Part shown: positions 61,136-64,000 of the stretch, in pieces
Layout of the letters: each line of letters starts with the position of its first letter
Numbering within the stretch: the first letter of the stretch is position 1
Origin: Candidatus Bipolaricaulota bacterium
Lineage (GTDB): Bacteria; Bipolaricaulota; Bipolaricaulia; M55B111
NCBI GenBank assembly: GCA_021735245.1
Contig: JAIPHJ010000001.1
Coordinates: forward strand, 20,837-84,836
Direction: 5' to 3'
Length of the DNA: 64,000 bases
Notes under the pieces: generated by a model
The model's input: only the letters and a program-made list of their open reading frames with translations
Told to the model about the DNA's origin: nothing
Databases searched by the model: none
Program-made: the position numbers and the translations under genes

Positions 61136-61954
61136 TCATAGACACCGGACTGCAACCTTAATAGCTCGATAGTTTTCTTTTACGTCGTGGACCCTTAAAA
61201 CATCTGCCCCCTTCAGCACTCCAACCACGTTACTGGCAATCGTTCCTTCGATCCTTTCGTCTGGGGTTGAATCGAGCGTATCTCCGATAAACGACTTCCT
61301 GGAGGTCCCAAGCAATAGAGGAGCGTTCAGTGTGTCAAATTCCTCCAATCTGCGAAGTATTTCGTAATTGTCTTCGTAATCCTTACCGAACCCAATCCCA
61401 GGGTCAACGATGATTTTATCTCGTGATATCCCTAACTTGACTGCTTCCTCAATTCTACCGGTCAAAAACTTTTTAATATCTTCCACGGGGTCTTCGTAAG
61501 TCGGGTTCTCCTGCATGGTCTTCGGCTCTCCCTGCATGTGCATCAAAATAATCGGTACATCTCTTTTTCCGACAAGTTCACCAAGGCCCGGGTCAAACCT
61601 AAGGGCACTGATATCATTTACGATATCCGCTCCCGCATCCAGAGCTTCTCTTGCTACTTTGGATTTGTAGGTATCGATGGAAATAGGAATATTCGTCTCT
61701 TTCCTTACCGCTTCTATCACCGGTATCGTGCGTTCCAGCTCGACTTCCAGCTCGACTTTTTTCGCGCCGGGCCGAGTTGATTCTCCACCAATGTCGATTA
61801 TATCGGCCCCGTTCTCCTCCATTTCGAGTGCCCTATTCTTTGCTCTATCACGAGCCAAAAATCTCCCGCCGTCGGAGAAAGAATCGGGAGTCACGTTTAA
61901 AATTCCCATGATTAATACTTCGTCTTTTTTTGCGATTCCATCAAGTAAGTCCAT
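61136..61954 (-). CDS. folP: Dihydropteroate synthase
   Basis: ILNVTPDSFSDGG motif. Confidence 0.9.
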   Translation of the reverse strand: MDLLDGIAKKDEVLIMGILNVTPDSFSDGGRFLARDRAKNRALEMEENGADIIDIGGESTRPGAKKVELEVELERTIPVIEAVRKETNIPISIDTYKSKVAREALDAGADIVNDISALRFDPGLGELVGKRDVPIILMHMQGEPKTMQENPTYEDPVEDIKKFLTGRIEEAVKLGISRDKIIVDPGIGFGKDYEDNYEILRRLEEFDTLNAPLLLGTSRKSFIGDTLDSTPDERIEGTIASNVVGVLKGADVLRVHDVKENYRAIKVAVRCL

Positions 61955-62167
61955 TTAAGTCCCTCCGGAATTTTTATTGAAATCCAGCCGAGAGAGAAAC
62001 TAACCATAATTTCCCTCATCCAGGGATTATACAAAATCAGTAACCGTAATTTAACAAGGAACCACCGGGAAAATGGAGTAATTCCTCCGGACTACGGTCT
62101 CGCTCATCGGTCTCCAGTGCGGTAAAATATTGTAAAAGTTTCTCAAGAATCGAGTTGATCGAATTCC

Positions 62168-62503
62168 ATGGAAGATAAATGTGGAGTCGTCGGCGTAAAA
62201 GACCTCTCCGGAAAAGCCTCCCTGCAAGCCTACTATGGCCTTTACGCCCTTCAACATAGAGGTCAGGAAGGTGCTGGTTTAGTCAGCTTTGACGGGTTCA
62301 AGCAGCACACGAAAAAAGGATTGGGTCTGGTTGGCGAGGTTTTCCAGAAAAACGACCTCGAAGAACTGACGGGATTAAATCTCACCAAAGAGCCGAACCG
62401 GATCGGGCACACTGTTTCTTCGGGTATATCTACTTCGCTCGGTCAGATTCCAGCCTGGAAGGTAAATCCGTCTACCCGGCTCTACGGTAACCAGAAACCG
62501 TGA
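62168..62503 (+). pseudogene. purF: Truncated N-terminal fragment of a class-II (Ntn) glutamine amidotransferase, PurF-like
   Basis: The KCGVVGV nucleophile region and IGHT motif are present. The ORF stops after 111 aa, and no continuation exists in any plus-strand frame. Confidence 0.5.
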
Positions 62504-62855
62504 GGGAGTTTCGGAATATAGGAGTTCGTTCGGGTTCATTTCCCTTTCGACGGAACTTTTCCTAGATTACCAGGCGTGTTTGCGAATAAATCAAGAACTT
62601 GTTAGCACCTCTTATTTGAATTACGTTTCCCTCTATATCCGGACAGGACGGCTTCATAACCGACCCCCTACGGATAAACCGCCTGCAGAATAGTCCAATA
62701 GCTAACTACTTTCTTCGTGGTTTACCCGCCGGCTCTCTGTTAATCGGGGGCAGGATCAATTATCATTTCCTCAAAATACGCTTTCGGTTCTGAGCAGGGG
62801 ATCCAGGGACTCCTCCCAGTCAACTCCGGGAAGAGGAAAGCGTTACATTTCCGAG

Positions 62856-63977
62856 GTGTCATCAATGCCAATCGAACCTGACCAAGCCGGTAGCATTGTC
62901 GAAAATTATGAAATCGAAAGGGAAGACCAGGCCACGATAGGTGTTCTTGGATCTCATTCCGCCCTGGAAATAGGTTACGGGGCCAAGCAGGAAGACCTTG
63001 ACGTGCTGGTGGTATGCGAACGGGGAAGAGAAACTACTTATACCGACCACTACGAAAACCTCTTCGATCACGTAGTTGTTCTGGACCAGTTCAAAGATAT
63101 AGTTGAACCAGATATTCAGGGAAGGATGAGGGACCTAAATACTGTATTCGTGCCCAACCGGTCCTTCGCGACTTACGTTGGCTACGACCGGATCGAGAAC
63201 GAGTTTTCCGTGCCGATTTTCGGAAACAGGCAGATTCTTCGAGCGGAAGAACGGTACGAAAAAAATAACCAGTACGACCTGCTGGATTCAGCAGGGATAA
63301 GCAGACCTAAAGAACTTGAATCTCCGGAAGAAATCGACTCGCTATCCATCGTAAAAGTCCACGAAAAGGACAGGACGGTCGAACGTGCCTTCTTCTACGC
63401 CTCCAGCCATGAAGAGTTCAAAAACCAGGCGGAAAACAGAATTGAGAAAGGAATTATAACCAAACAGGCCTTGGAAGAAGCTACGATCGAGGAAGTGGCG
63501 CTGGGAGGATTGTTCAACGCCAACTACTTTTGGTCGCCGCTTTACGACGGGATCGATCTTCTGGGTTTCGACCGTCGAATCCAGACCGACCTGGACGGCC
63601 TGCTCCGCCTGCCGGCTGACGAACAGCTACAGGCAAACCTCGACCATCAAAATATCGAAGTCGGTCACTACGGCGCGACCATGCGGGAATCTCAGCTCGA
63701 AAAAATATTTGATGCGGGAAGAAAATTCGTAGAAGCCTGCAGGGAAGAATATCCTCCGGGCATGATAGGTCTTTTCGCCCTCCAGGGCGTCCTGACCAGA
63801 GAGCTTGAATTTCAGGTTTTCGACGCCTCGCTTCGGGTTCCGGGCTCTCCGGCTCTCGGCTCCACCTCACCTTACATGAAATACAAGTACGGAGAGGAAG
63901 TCGGTTCCGGAAAGAGAACCGCTCGGGAGATTAAGCGAGCGATCGAGAGAGGAGACCTTCCAGAGGTGGTCACGTAA
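62856..63977 (+). CDS. purP: PurP-like ATP-grasp protein (archaeal-type 5-formaminoimidazole-4-carboxamide ribonucleotide synthetase family, DUF1297)
   Basis: IGVLGSHSALEI, PIFGNRQILRAEERY, GFDRRIQTDLDGLLRLPA and PPGMIGLF match PurP blocks. Confidence 0.7.
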   Translation: MSSMPIEPDQAGSIVENYEIEREDQATIGVLGSHSALEIGYGAKQEDLDVLVVCERGRETTYTDHYENLFDHVVVLDQFKDIVEPDIQGRMRDLNTVFVPNRSFATYVGYDRIENEFSVPIFGNRQILRAEERYEKNNQYDLLDSAGISRPKELESPEEIDSLSIVKVHEKDRTVERAFFYASSHEEFKNQAENRIEKGIITKQALEEATIEEVALGGLFNANYFWSPLYDGIDLLGFDRRIQTDLDGLLRLPADEQLQANLDHQNIEVGHYGATMRESQLEKIFDAGRKFVEACREEYPPGMIGLFALQGVLTRELEFQVFDASLRVPGSPALGSTSPYMKYKYGEEVGSGKRTAREIKRAIERGDLPEVVT

Positions 63978-64000
63978 TTAGCACTGAAGAACTTCCAACC

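Noticed and set aside
62504-62855. Purine or ZTP riboswitch upstream of the purP-like gene
   Set aside because: CCGCCTGCAG is close to the ZTP 3' CCGCCTGGGCA, but the 5' GGGTCGTGAC...GGCG pseudoknot partner is not present, and no purine-aptamer consensus was found.

Overview
This 64 kb window is bacterial chromosomal DNA, about 49-50% GC, dominated by core housekeeping genes. It looks like an ordinary core region rather than an accessory island, with no CRISPR array, transposase, integrase or phage gene.

Features by region:
- Window start: a partial FtsE-like gene with degenerate catalytic motifs, ftsX and an HD-domain hydrolase.
- Positions 2.3-25 kb, minus strand: one long run spanning the alpha, spc, S10 and str ribosomal operons (rplQ through rpsL), ending in a 1658-aa rpoC.
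- 25-39.6 kb: FmdB-like zinc ribbon protein, UvrD/PcrA helicase, HPF, recO, deoC, era, then ispE-cmk-plsC-rpsA-plsY on the plus strand, then acpS, gmk, yicC and a MEMO1-family gene.
- 40.0-40.2 kb: tRNA-Gln(CTG) and tRNA-Glu(CTC).
- 40.3-50.5 kb: ftsH, dxr, a Cys-rich hypothetical, murJ, a phosphodiester glycosidase, rplI, a TPR lipoprotein and radC.
- 50.6-52.1 kb: a group-3 sigma factor (FliA/SigB-like) with two small downstream genes.
- 52.1-55.6 kb: mnmE-jag-yidC.
- 56.0-59.7 kb: a ribE-ribBA-ribH-hisS operon.
- 59.7-64.0 kb: an aldo/keto reductase, folP, a truncated purF-like N-terminal fragment and an archaeal-type PurP-like ATP-grasp gene.

Many proteins carry acidic low-complexity tails.

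Most notable observations:
- The FtsE-like partner of FtsX has a degenerate ABC signature, Walker B and H-loop, so it is predicted to be catalytically dead.
- A conserved composite element of about 60 nt occurs twice in unrelated intergenic regions, and one position shows a base change consistent with RNA stem pairing.
- A 498-nt intergenic region between convergent genes is rich in palindromes and carries a perfect 17-nt inverted repeat.
- Several conserved gene neighbourhoods are broken: rpoC has no adjacent rpoB, the str operon has no tuf, spc has no L30, and yidC has no rpmH-rnpA-yidD.
- S11 lacks the conserved C-terminal GCRPPKRRRV tail.
- An archaeal-type purP-like gene sits beside a purF remnant.
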